Shown piece after piece: positions 13,206 to 26,603 of a DNA stretch of 64,000 nucleotides (the stretch's first letter is position 1; every line of letters begins with the position of its first letter). The notes beneath the pieces were generated by a model. That model did no database searches. It was not told the DNA's origin and saw only the letters and a program-made list of their open reading frames with translations. The DNA comes from Eledone cirrhosa. Lineage: Eukaryota. A program made the translations under genes and the position numbers. The stretch lies in the NCBI GenBank assembly GCA_964016885.1, contig OZ024740.1, forward strand, positions 419,368,001 through 419,432,000, given 5' to 3'.

Positions 13206-13358
13206 ATTATATTGTGTTGTTTATTATGTAATTAAATTATATATATATATATATATATATATTCTTCACTCCTTTATATATATATAATATTCTTCAAAAT
13301 TAATAAATAAGAAATATTATCATAACCAAAGTATATATTTTATACATATTTCAAAGGT

Positions 13359-13405
<47 letters not shown>

Positions 13406-13427
13406 AGGGAGTGTAACTTGGAGTTAC

Positions 13428-13461
<34 letters not shown>

Positions 13462-13463
13462 CA

Positions 13464-13632
13464 CCATATTTCCTGGCATCAAAGGTGCTACTTTTTTCCT
13501 AAAATAAGTCTCAAAAATGTACCATGCATCCTGGAAGCCGAAGGTTGTTTATTATTTTCTTTTCAAATTTTTGGTTGTCAAAATTATGGTGCATCCTCGA
13601 GGACGGAGTGTCTTCGGCACCAGGAAATACTG
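13464..13632. mobile_element. Tc1/mariner-pogo-type MITE in a (TA)n/(TG)n tract
   Basis: Imperfect TIRs CCATATTTCCTGGCATCAAAGG / TCTTCGGCACCAGGAAATACTG. Confidence 0.7.
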
Positions 13633-13659
13633 TGTGTTTGTGTGTGTGTGTGTGTATAT

Positions 13660-14000
13660 ATCATCATCATCATCATATTTTACGTCCGCTTTTCACTGCT
13701 TGCAAGGGTGAGACGGGAATTGATTCTGGCTTGATTTCTACAGCTGGATGCCCTTTCTAACACCAACCTCATTTACAGTGAGTGCTGGGTGCTTTTTTGC
13801 CGTGGCACCTCCACGACCACTTTGCAGTGGAATGATATGGACCCCAGTCCCTGTCATCTCATTTCTACAGCTGAGTAAACTGGAGCAATGTGAAATAAAG
13901 TGTCTTGCTCAAGGACACAACACATCATCCGGTCTGAGAATTGAACTCACAACCTTTCAATTGCAAGGCCAATGCTCTAACCACTAAGCCATGTGCCTCC
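13660..14000 (-). mobile_element. Full-length tRNA-head SINE with RTE-derived tail
   Basis: Near-identical to 41041-41370 (+) and 41675-42024 (-). It has A/B boxes, a CORE-like CCTTGAGCAAGACACTTTA block and a (GAT)n tail. Confidence 0.9.
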
Positions 14001-14294
14001 ATTATATATATATATCCAGGGAGTGTAACTTGGAGTTATTGTAGGTTTACACGGGTGAGCATTTGATGTTGAGGTTGACTTCAGTGTGGAGGTGTAGAGC
14101 TAGACAGAGTGTATTACATTACCATTGTAAGAGGTCTGACGAGCTGCGGATTAGAGTCGGGATAGATCGATACAGATCAAACCTTGAGCTGATCAGTGGC
14201 GACCCGCGCATCACCAACAAATAAACATAATGAAAGAGTAACCAATCGTCCTTATTTTATTTCCCGATATATATATATATATTTATGTATATAT

Positions 14295-14466
14295 ATATAA
14301 GCTTTCACTGTATTTTTGACTAAAGAAATGTTTAGCCTGATAGTGGGGTTTAGAACCCTCAGAGAAATGGAAAAAGATGAGTATTGACGTCAATACTCAA
14401 CTTTTTCCATTTCTCTGAGGGTTCTAAACCCCACTATCAGGCTAAAAATACGGTGAAAGCTTATAT
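14295..14466. repeat. Long near-perfect palindrome with no spacer
   Basis: Arms 14331-14388 and 14389-14446 (one mismatch), centred on TGACGTCA, extended by 14295-14317 / 14444-14466. Confidence 0.95.
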
Positions 14467-14830
14467 TTCTAATTTCAAACTCGCTCACTGTTTCAAAACA
14501 TACTTACGTATATATATATATATATATATTCTTCATTCCTTTATATATATATCATTTTCATTTCAATATAACAAAGTATTTTTACAGTTTAAAAATGTAT
14601 TATATGAGCATTTCATCATAAACTCTTTCTCTAAGACAGGTTTTGTTTCATTTGATGTCTTATTAAAGGGTGGTAGGGATTAGGGATTGGCCATAAGAAT
14701 ATAGGTAAGGGTTCTGGAGTTTTTGGATAATCATAGAAGGGGTTCTTTGACAAAATAAGCTAGGAATCAGTGTTATAACATCAACTCAGTTATGTGGGTG
14801 TGTGTAATTTAAATCTGTAGTATTTGATTG

Positions 14831-14927
14831 ATGCAGGTGTTCAACTGGAGGCTAATGATCTGTAGTGGAGCTGAAGCTGAACTAATCCACTGCGGATTGT
14901 TGCTTGTATCCACTTGAACACCTGCAT
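14831..14927. repeat. Small foldback / MITE-like inverted repeat
   Basis: Outer stem ATGCAGGTGTTCAACTGGA / TCCACTTGAACACCTGCAT, inner stem ATCTGTAGTGGA / TCCACTGCGGAT. Confidence 0.75.
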
Positions 14928-15126
14928 GAAAACTCAGATATATATATATATAATTATTATATACATATTATATATATGGTCTAACCCATGCTAGCGTGGA
15001 AGATGGACGTTAAACGAAGATGATGATCATATATAATAATTATATACATATTATATATATATATATATATAATCATCATCATCATTTTATGTCTGCTTTT
15101 CCCTGCTTGCACAATATATGTATGTA

Positions 15127-15169
<43 letters not shown>

Positions 15170-15171
<2 letters not shown>

Positions 15172-15590
15172 TATCTCTTTCTCTTAATTTCGAGTATATT
15201 TTTTTGACCGGCCACCTTCCTGGTGGTAAGGTTGTAAAAGAAAAGAAATGGTCATCCCTTGAATCGCAACAATGTTTTGCAAATTTTGAAGGTGACAGCT
15301 ATCGCAGCCATTTGTAGACTATGAATTAGGGAGCTGCGCTCTTTGTCCGCAAATCCAAGTTCAGTAATACTTTGGTTCAAGCGGGTTTGTAAGATAGTGG
15401 ATTTAGTGAGAGAATGAAGAGTAGCACTGAAAAGCTATCACCCTGAAAGATGCCCTTCTGGTAATGTATCTTATCAGTCTTAACTTGCTCCTTCTCACCT
15501 CTAAGGATCAAATTGGTGTACCAGTTCTTGGTCAGACGTTCAACAGCAGCTACCAGTGGTTGTGGGACTTTGGTTAACTGTAAAGCCTTA
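15170..15590 (-). mobile_element. Internally deleted R4/Dong-like (RLE-type) non-LTR retrotransposon remnant
   Basis: RT piece ...NWYTNL...KGIFQGDSFSVLLFILSLNPLSY (15380-15590) is joined to a C-terminal piece ITELGFADKERSSLIHSLQMAAIAVTFKICKTLLRFKG* (stop at 15252-15254). A short 3'UTR runs into (CATA)n/(CA)n. Confidence 0.75.
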
Positions 15591-15609
15591 ACATGTATGT
15601 ATGTATGCA

Positions 15610-15692
15610 ACACTTCTTCAGCGCATCGGTAGGGGTTCTCCTACATGGATATAAAGTAGTGGCCGTACTCAAAAACGAATTGGCAGCCACCA
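15610..15692 (+). mobile_element. 3' tip of the bipartite RTE/BovB-like element
   Basis: Matches the last ~83 bp of 30204-30797 and is flanked by (TATG)n on both sides. Confidence 0.85.
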
Positions 15693-15704
15693 TGTATGTA
15701 TGTA

Positions 15705-16140
15705 TCGCCAACGACCCGACTCATGGTCGGGTCGTTGGCGACTAAACTGACAACCCCACCAAGGTTTCTTGGTGAGGAGGGTGACTTTGGACATCCTGCA
15801 GGAATAAAAACAAAACCTGTCAAAGGGCAAAGGAGGTCTTAAGAGTCAATGGCCATCCAAAATCACTGGGAGAGATGACCCCTTAGCCTTTGTCAAGGCA
15901 GGAAAACTCTGATATAACACCTGCAACTCTGATGGTATCCAATGATGTTGACTTGTTCTTCTTTTTGGTACCATGGGCCCAGCACTATGTGTCAATAATT
16001 GTCACAAGTGTAGTGTTTGTACCAGAGTTTTCAAGTCGCTGGCTGGACTAAGAAGTCACACTTGTTCAGCGCATCGGTAGGGGTTCTCCTACATGGATAT
16101 AAAGTAGTGGCCGTACTCGAAAACGAGTTGGCAGCCGCCA
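15705..16140 (+). mobile_element. Bipartite RTE/BovB-like non-autonomous element with internal deletions and a 5' snap-back
   Basis: Homologous to 26034-26603, with 14-bp and 123-bp deletions and a 16-bp perfect hairpin at the 5' junction. Confidence 0.85.
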
Positions 16141-16180
16141 TATATATATATGTATATATATATATGTATATGTATATATG

Positions 16181-16211
<31 letters not shown>

Positions 16212-16661
16212 GTATGTATATGTATGTATATATGTATATATGTGTATATATGTATATATATATATATGTATATATATATATGTATATATATATATGTATG
16301 TATATGTATGTATATATGTATATATGTATGTATATGTATATATATGTATATATATATATGTATATATATATATGTATATATATATGTATGTATATGTATA
16401 TATATATATGTATATATATATGTATATGTATATATGTATGTATATGTATATATATATGTATATGTATATATATATGTATATGTATATATATATGTATATG
16501 TATATATATATGTATATATATGTATATGTATATATATATATATGTATATATATGTATATATATATATGTATGTATATATATATATATGTATATATATTTG
16601 AATATATATATGTGTATATATATATGTGTATATATATGTGTATATATATATGTGTATATAT
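16141..16661. repeat. (TA)n/(TATG)n compound microsatellite
   Basis: Seen directly in the sequence. Confidence 0.98.
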
Positions 16662-19139
16662 ACTAACTTCAAAAAACGTGACAATCACCTGATCACCTAT
16701 AGATCCGGGGAACACACAAGCCAGGTAGATTATATCCTTACCAGAAGACGTGACAGAGTGTCTGTTGTTAACACTAAATCCCTCCCCCATGAAGAATGCA
16801 CCTCCCAACATAGACTGATAATTAGCGACCTCATAGTCAGGACGAGACGTACTCGACAACAGAAGAGGACTATCCTCAGGAGGAAAATATGGAAGCTAAA
16901 GGACCCCACAGCCAGGAATAAATTTCAAAGCATATTACTTGATGCTTTCGACAGTAAGGAAGAACATTTAGAGTCGGACAATATAGAGGGAGAGTGGGAA
17001 TTTCTGAAAGCAAACCTGCTGTTGGCGACAGACGAGGTCTGTGGCTGGAGCAGGCCTGTAGGCAGGAGGAGAGTAACATGGTGGTGGAACAGTAAGGTGG
17101 AGGGGTCAATTAAGGCCAAAAAGCAGGCTTGGAAAGTATGGCGGGATGGGGGAAGTAGAGAGGACTATCAAGTGGCCAGGAGGGAAGCTAGGAGACAAGT
17201 GTACTTAGCAAGAAGGGAAGCTGAGGAAAGAAAGTTCAAGCATGTTCTACAACGCGATGACCAAAAACGTGAGGTGTTCAGGATTGCTAGGCAATGCGTC
17301 AAGGAAAACCGTGATATTGTCGGGGAGAAGTGTGTACTAAACGACGATGGCACACTTGCCATCACCGACGCTGATAAGAAGGTAGCTTGGAAGTGTCACT
17401 ATGAAAGGCTTCTAAATGAGGAGAATAATTGGGAGAAAGGCAGTCTCCCCCATATCGACCCAATAGAGGGACCAGCAGTGTTAGTCGAGGGGAGTATAAT
17501 AAGTAAGGCAATCAAGGATATGAAGACTGGTAAGGCGGCTGGGCCTTCGGAAATAGTTGCTGAGATGCTGAAGGCATCTGGCACGGTGGGACACACCATG
17601 GTCACCCGCATAGTTAACCAAGTCGTACAGAATGGGGTTGTTCCGAAGGACTGGCATAGCAGCATCATCGTTAACTGTTATAAGGGTAAAGGAGACGCCC
17701 TAGATAGGAGTAACTATAGAGGCATTAAATTAATCGACCAGGTCATGAAGGTCACGGAAAGAGTAATAGCGCAACTAATCAGAGAGAGAATTGACCTAGA
17801 TGAAATGCAGTTCGGGTTTGTGTCAGGCAAAAGTACCACAGACGCTCTTTTCATAGTACGACAACTACAGGAGAAGTACCTAGCTAAAGGTAAACCCCTC
17901 TACTTAGCTTTTGTCGACTTGGAGAAAGCCTTCGACAGAGTCCCCCGCTCCATTATCTGGTGGGCTCTTAGAAAACTAGGCGTTGACGAATGGCTTGTGA
18001 GGGCTATACAAGCCATGTATAAAGAAACAGTCAGCAAGGTTAGAATTAACAACGAATATAGTGAAGAGTTTAGCGTAAAAGTTGGCGTCCATCAGGGCTC
18101 TGTTCTCAGTCCACTACTATTTATTATTGCCCTTCAGGCTATAACAGAGGAGTTCAAGACAGGCTGCCCATGGGAACTCCTATACGCAGACGACCTGACA
18201 CTCATAGCGGAATCAATGGCCGAGCTAGAGAAGAAATTCCAAACATGGAAGCACGGCCTAGAGTCAAAAGGACTTAAAATTAACCTGGCTAAGACCAAAG
18301 TACTAGTTTGTAGGAAAGAAAACAAGGCGGCGGTCCCTTCTGGGAAATGGTCGTGCTCGGTGTGTAGGAAAGGCGTAGCTAGAAACTCCATTTTATGTCC
18401 TAAATGCAAAGTATGGGTGCATAAAAGATGTAGTGGGATCACAGGTAAGCTAACTAAGAACATAGATTTTACATGTGGCCGGTGCTCTGGTGCAATAAGT
18501 AGCAGCAAGTCCCCACAAAATACTAGCTCTTTCAATTGCGCAGAGGGTTCTATAGAAATAGTGGACAGCTTCCGTTACCTGGGCGATTAAATCAGCAGTG
18601 GGGGAGGGTGCTCTGAAAGTACTGTAGCTAGAGTCAGAACTGGTTGGAAAAAGTTCAGAGAGCTTATACCACTATTAGCTGCTAAAGGGTTCTCACTAAA
18701 AATGAAAGGCAGGTTGTACGATGCCTGCATACGAACAGCAATGCTGCATGGCAGTGAGACCTGGGCATTGTGTGCAGAGGATATACGCAGACTAGAGAGG
18801 AACGAAGCTTGCATGCTCCGCTGGATGTGTAACAGTAATATACGTGAACGGCAAAGCATAAACGAACTAAGGAAAAAATTAGAGATAAGAGGGATCAGAT
18901 GTTGTTTACTCGAGAGAAGGCTACGTTGGTATGGACACGTGATGCGCATGAAAGTCGATAGCTGTATAACAAAGTGCAGGGCAATAAAGATAGACGGTAG
19001 TCACGGAATAGGCAGACCTAGAAAAACCTGGGACGAGCTGATAAACTCCGACATCACACACTTACACCTCTCCAAGACAATGTCATTGGACCGAGACCTT
19101 TGGCGGTACTCAGTAACAGAGAAGACCCGCCTTACCTAA
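16662..19139 (+). pseudogene. RTE ORF (APE C-terminus, RT, PHD-like finger) with one nonsense codon
   Basis: QVDYIL, SQHRLII, YRGIKLID, QFGF, AFVDLEKAFDRV, GVHQGSVLSPLLF, LLYADDL, FRYLG, RLRWYGHV, GRPRKTW. TAA at 18588-18590 where copy 2 has AAA. Confidence 0.95.
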
Positions 19140-19532
19140 ATATATAGTAAAACCTACTCCAGCCAGTAGGCATCTCTAACAAAATACACCCCGTCCCACC
19201 ACCTCCACCCCCACCCTATCCACACCACCCCGTTCTATGTAAAGTTATGTTGGTGCCGCGCCATCGAGGCCGAAACAAATGAGATCGTGTAGGTGTCACG
19301 ACAAAAAAACACACAGTCCACGCTGTAATGTGGCCGTGTAGGCAACACGGTAAAAACCTCCCAGACCCACACTGTAAATGTGGTTGGTGTTAGGAAGGGC
19401 ATCCAACTGTAGAAAACCTGCCAGACAGTCCTATGCGAGCAAGACAATCACTCTTGCCTCAAGTGGGACTACCCCCGTCCAAACCCATGCAAGCGTGGAA
19501 CACGGACGTTAAACGTTGATGATGATGATGAT
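16662..19532 (+). mobile_element. RTE-clade LINE copy 1, 5'-truncated
   Basis: Colinear with 23140-25992 (offset 6478 through the ORF). Starts abruptly in the microsatellite and ends ...GGACGTTAAACGTT(GAT)n. Confidence 0.97.
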
Positions 19533-21100
<1,568 letters not shown>

Positions 21101-21527
21101 AATTAATATATCTACCGACATATGTATACAGATGCATACCTACGCTAGCAGATATATATGTTTTATCTTAGTAACTTTGTAGTTCTTTGCCGGGGAATGC
21201 AGAACAATTAAATGAAAGACATAAATAAGAAAGTTATGAAAATTGACTTACTTACTAAAATTATTTGTTGAGCAAAATTTGCCAAATTACTACTGTGACT
21301 GATAGTAGTGGCTAGGCTCTGTCTTAATAGCACCCCCACTCCAAGCTGGTTAACCTCAGTGTCACGTGATTAATTCTTTTGAATTTGCCACTTGACCAAG
21401 AAGGCAGTGAATTTTTCAGTGGCTTGGAATCTAGCCCCGCTCGCCTTTTTCGCTTTTTTCCATCCACTGAATTATTGTTATAAGTTTCCAATGTCCCCGC
21501 ATTGCCTGGTAACTTAGCTGAGAATAG

Positions 21528-21606
21528 ACTCCCTGATGACGTAAGGCTTCTCTACAGGTATTACATAACTGTATTTATCCCCTTACAGAAACTAATTAGT
21601 TGGAGT
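21528..21606 (+). ncRNA. Type-I hammerhead ribozyme motif with palindromic stem III
   Basis: ACTCC-CTGATGA-C-GTAAGG...CCTTAC-A-GAA-ACTAATTAGT-T-GGAGT. Stem I is ACTCC/GGAGT, extended stem II includes TACAG/CTGTA, stem III is the perfect palindrome ACTAATTAGT, and the triplet is GUU. Confidence 0.75.
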
Positions 21607-21653
21607 GAAATTTTAGTAAGTAAGTCAATTTTCATAACTTTCTTATTTACGTC

Positions 21654-21683
<30 letters not shown>

Positions 21684-21684
<1 letters not shown>

Positions 21685-24600
21685 AACAAAATCCTTTCCT
21701 TCTTCTTCTTCTTATAAATTCCTTTAAATATATTATGCTACTTCGAAAACTCTAAACTCCCGCTCCTACTATCCTTCTCCCCCCTCCCTCTACTTAATGA
21801 GGGTTTCGCGGTCAGACACCCCAATACCTACATCATGCGGCCAAACCTATCTCCCCCCCATCTCTCTCTCTCCCCCCCTCATCTCTCTCTCCCCCTCTCT
21901 CTCTCTCTCCCCCTCTGTCTCTTAGCTATATATATATATATATAAGATAAACCCTTCAAGTAAATCACTTTCGCCAAATTCATCGCTGCTCCTTCACGGT
22001 ATATCATGTAACGTAGTGTACACATTTTTCTACCATCTCCACACTCCATTTCGTACCCAGTCCAAACCTCCAATCTTGCCAAATCCTAAATGTAGTTGTC
22101 GTATTCCTAAAACAAATCTGTATTTTTTGTTATTACTTGTTAAATACGAGGGTTTTTGTCGTATTGAACAGAACAAATCTTGTATTTTTGTTAATCGCTT
22201 GTTAAATACGAGGACCTCATTCAATCCTTACCTTCTAGCTATCTACCCAACACCCCTCCCTCCCGCCCCCACGCACCACCATTGTTATTACGTGGACCAA
22301 TCATAAGCCAGAGCCCCCACGCACCACCATTATTATTACGTGGACCAATCATAAGCCAGAGGCCTATACTTTCGATATATGATGGATGGATGGACTACGG
22401 AATCCTGGAGAGTGGAAGAGAGAGAAAAATCTGGACGCTCAGCGACAATGCCAAAGATAAAGACAAATTCACCTCGTGGACGAGAATGCGAGCACTCCTC
22501 TTTGTTTCGGCCGCGGATGGCTAACATAACCCCGCCTCCCCCCGCTCCCCACCGCTCCCACCCTCCAAACGCAATCCAAAACTTCAGAGTTGGTACCATA
22601 AATGTAGGCACCTTAAAGGGTCGCGCTAACGAGGTTGTAGAAATGCTTGAACGTAAGGAGGTCGATGTTTGTTGTATTCAAGAGACCAGGTGGAGGGGTG
22701 GGTCTGCTAGATTCATTGAGGGTAAAAAACGATGCTATAAGCTTTTCTGGGTGGGAAATGACGATGGGCTGGGTGGAGTAGGAATCATGGTAGCAGAAAA
22801 GTGGGCAGATAAGATAATAGACGTAAATAGAGTGAACGACAGAATAATTAAAATAAGACTTGTCCTCAATAGAACTACGGTGACAGTAATATCTGCGTAC
22901 GTACCCCAATCCGGACTGCCCGGCACTATAAAAGACGGATTCTATGAGACACTGATGCTCACTACCTCCAAATAACCGACAGTGACTATATAATTATTGC
23001 AGGCGACTTAAATGGTCACGTTGGACAACATTGTGACGGCTACGACGAAATCCATGGAGGCTATGGGTTTGGTACTAGAAATGAGGAAGGCTCCAGAATC
23101 CTGGAATTCTGTGACGCAAATAACCTAACTATCTGTAACACTAACTTCAAAAAACGTGACAATCACCTGATCACCTATAGATCCGGGGAACACACAAGCC
23201 AGGTAGATTATATCCTTACCAGAAGACGCGATAGGGTGTCTGTTGTAAACACTAAATCCCTCCCCCATGAAGAATGCACCTCCCAACATATACTGATAAT
23301 TAGCGACCTCATAGTCAGGATGAGACGTACTCGACAGCAGAAGAGGACTATCCTCAGGAGAAAAATATGGAAGCTAAAGGACCCCACAGCCAAAAATAAA
23401 TTCCAAAGCATATTACTTGATGCTTTCGACAGTAAGGAAGAGCATTTAGAGTCGGAAAATATAGAGGGACAGTGGGAATTCCTGAAGGCAAACCTGCTGA
23501 TGGCGGCAGACGAAGTCTGTGGCTGGAGCAGGCCTGTAGGCAGGAGGAGAGTAACATGGTGGTGGAACAGTAAGGTGGAGGGGTCAATTAAGGCCAAAAA
23601 GCAGGCTTGGAAAGTATGGCGGGATGGGGGAAGTAGAGAAGACTATCAAGTGGCCAGGAGGGAAGCTAGGAGACAAGTGTACTTCGCAAGAAGGGAAGCA
23701 GAGGAAAGAAAGTTCAAGCATGTTCTACAACGCGAGGACCAAAATCGTGAGGTGTTCAGGATTGCTAGGCAATGTGTCAAGGAAAACCGTGATATTGTCG
23801 GGGAGAAGTGTGCACTTAATGATGACGGCGTACTTGCCATCACCGACGCTGATAAGAAGGTAGCTTGGAAGTGTCACTATGAAAGGCTACTAAATGAGGA
23901 GAATAAATGGGAGAAAGACAGTCTCCCCCACATCGACCCAATAGAGTGACCAGCAGTGTTATTCGAGGGTAGTATAATAAGTAAGGCAATCAAGGATTTG
24001 AAGACGGGTAAGGCGGCTGGGCCTTCGGAAATAGTTGCAGAGATGCTGAAGGCATCTGGCACGGTGGGACACACCATGGTCACCCGGATAGTTAACCAAG
24101 TCGTACAGAATGGGGTTGTTCCGAAGGACTGGCATAGCAGCATCATCGTTAACTGTTATAAGGGTAAAGGAGATGCCCTAGATAGGAGTAACTATAGAGG
24201 CATTAAATTAATCGACCAGGTCATGAAGGTCACGGAAAAAGTAATAGCGCAACTAATCAGAGAGAGAATTGACCTAGATGAAATGCAGTTCGGGTTTGTG
24301 TCAGGCAAAAGTACCACAGACGCTCTTTTCATTGTACGACAACTACAGGAGAAGTACCTAGCTAAAAGTAAACCCCTCTACTTAGCTTTTGTCGACTTGG
24401 AGAAAGCCTTCGACAGAGTCCCCCGTTCCATTATCTGGTGGGCCCTTAGAAAACAATGTGTCGACGAATGGCTTGTGAGAGCTATACAAGCCATGTATAA
24501 AGAAACAGTCAGCAAGGTTAGAATTAACAACGAATATAGTGAAGAGTTTAGCGTAAAAGTTGGCGTCCATCAGGGCTCTGTTCTCAGCCCCCTACTATTT

Positions 24601-25992
24601 ATTATTGCCCTTCAGGCTATAACAGAGGAGTTCAAGACCGGCTGCCCATGGGAACTCCTATACGCAGACGACCTAATACTCATAGCTGAATCAATGGCCG
24701 AGCTAGAGAAGAAATTCCAAACATGGAAGCACGGCCTAGAATCAAAAGGCCTTAAAATTAATCTGGCTAAGAACAAAGTTCTAGTTTGTAGGAAAGAAAA
24801 TAAGACGGCGGTCCCTTCCGGGAAGTGGCCATGCTCAGTGTGTAGGAAAGGCGTAGGTAGAAACTCCATTTTGTGTCAGAAATGCAAAGTATGGGTGCAT
24901 AAAAGATGTAGTGGGATCACAGGTAAGCTAACTAAGAACATAGATTTCACATGTGGCCGGTGCTCTGGTGCAATAAGTAGCAGCAAGTGCCCACAAAATA
25001 CTAGCTCTTTCAACTGCGCAGAGGGCTCTATAGAAATAGTGGACAGCTTCCGTTACCTGGGTGACAAAATCAGCAGTGGGGGAGGGTGCTCTGAAAGTAC
25101 AGTAGCTAGAGTCAGAACTGGATGGAAAAAGTTCAGAGAGCTTATACCACTATTAGCCGCTAAAGGGTTCTCCCTAAAAATGAAAGGCAGGTTGTATGAT
25201 GCCTGCATACGAACAGCAATGTTGCATGGCAGTGAGACCTGGGCATTGTGTGCAGAGGATATACGCAGACTAGAGAGGAACGAAGCTTGCATGCTCCGCT
25301 GGATGTGTAATAGTAATATACGTGAACGGCAAAGCATAAACGAACTAAAGAAAAAATTAGAAATAAGAGGGATCAGATGTTGTTTACTCGAGAGAAGGCT
25401 ACGTTGGTATGGACATGTGATGCGCATGAAAGTCGATAGCTGTATAACAAAGTGCAGGGCAATAAAGATAGACGGTAGCCACGGAATAGGCAGACCTAGA
25501 AAAACCTGGGACGACCTGATAAACTCCGACCTCACACACTTACACCTCTCCAAGACAATGTCACTGGACCGAGACCTTTGGCGGTACTCAGTAATAGAGA
25601 AGACCCGCCTTACCTAAATACATAGTAAAACCTACTACAGTCAGGGGGCATCTCTAACAAAATACACCCCCCCCATCCACACCGCCCCCTTCTATGTAAA
25701 GTTATGTTGGTGCCACACCATCCAGGCCGAAACAAATGAGATCGTGTAGGTGTCACGAAAAAAAAAACACAGTCCACGCTGTAATGTGGCCGTGTAGGCA
25801 ACACGGTAAAAGCCTCCCAGACCCACACTGTAAATGTGGTTGGTGTTAGGAAGGGCATCCAACTGTAGAAAACCTGCCAGACAGTCCTATGCGAGTAAGA
25901 CAATCACTCTTGCCTCAAGTGGGAAAACCCCCCGTCCAAACCCATGCAAGCGTGGAACACGGACGTTAAACGTTGATGATGATGATGATGAT
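21684..25992 (+). mobile_element. RTE-clade LINE copy 2, apparently full length (5' boundary uncertain: 21684 or ~21944)
   Basis: Putative 5'UTR with ~60-bp (22096-22213) and 48-bp (22265-22361) tandem duplications, a complete APE-RT ORF, a 3'UTR and a (GAT)n tail. Confidence 0.93.
22448..25617 (+). pseudogene. RTE ORF: AP endonuclease, reverse transcriptase and PHD-like finger, with two lesions
   Basis: APE motifs GTINVGTL, CIQETRW, GVGIMV, SAYVPQ, AGDLNGHVG, QVDYIL, and RT motifs as in copy 1. One base is missing in the A-run near 22970 (frameshift), and TGA at 23947-23949 stands where copy 1 has GGA. Start ATG is 22448 or 22517. Confidence 0.95.
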
Positions 25993-26033
25993 TATATATA
26001 TGTATGTATATATGTATGTATATATATATATAT

Positions 26034-26603
26034 AGTACAACCTGTCTCATGGTCGGGTCGTTGGCGACTAAACTGGCAACCCCACTAAGGTTTCTTGGTG
26101 AGGAGGGTGACTTTGGACATCCTGCAGGACTAAAAACAAAACCTGTCAAAGGGCAAAGGAGCTCTTAAGAGTCAATGGCCATCCAAAATCACCGGGAGAG
26201 ATGACCCCTTAGCCTTTGTCAAGGCAGAATTCTAGGAGAAGGAAAACTCTGATATAACACCTGCAACCCTGATGGTATCCAATGATGTTGACTTGTTCTT
26301 CTTTTTGGTAAATATCATCTTGGTTAAGAGAGTGGGACTGGCTTTGTGCAGTGCCTTTGCTCACTATAAAAGCTTCACGGCACAGGCATTGCTTTGTATC
26401 TGGAGATCTCTCTGCACTTGTCATTACATGGTACCATGGGCCCAGCACTATGTGTCAATAATTGTCACAAGTGTAGTGTTTGTACCAGAGTTTTCAAGTT
26501 GCTGGCTGGACTAAAAAGTCACACTCGTTCAGCGTATCGGTAGGGGTTCTCCTACATGGTTATAAAGTAGTGGCCGTACTCGAAAACGAGTTGGCAGCCA
26601 CCA
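26034..26603 (+). mobile_element. Bipartite RTE/BovB-like non-autonomous element
   Basis: The 5' part has the RTE 5'UTR-type motif CTAGGAGAAGGAAAACTCTGA. The 3' part encodes a zinc-finger remnant [18 protein letters not shown] and a terminal hairpin CTCG-AAAA-CGAG, followed by microsatellite. Confidence 0.8.

Noticed and set aside
14133-14215. GGT-CTGACGA-GCTGCGG...CCGCGCATC-ACC hammerhead-like segment
   Set aside because: No GAAA box or stem III. Not supportable, though it may be a decayed remnant.
21780-21850. HDV-like ribozyme at the 5' end of RTE copy 2
   Set aside because: A GC-rich hairpin is possible, but I could not build the double pseudoknot.
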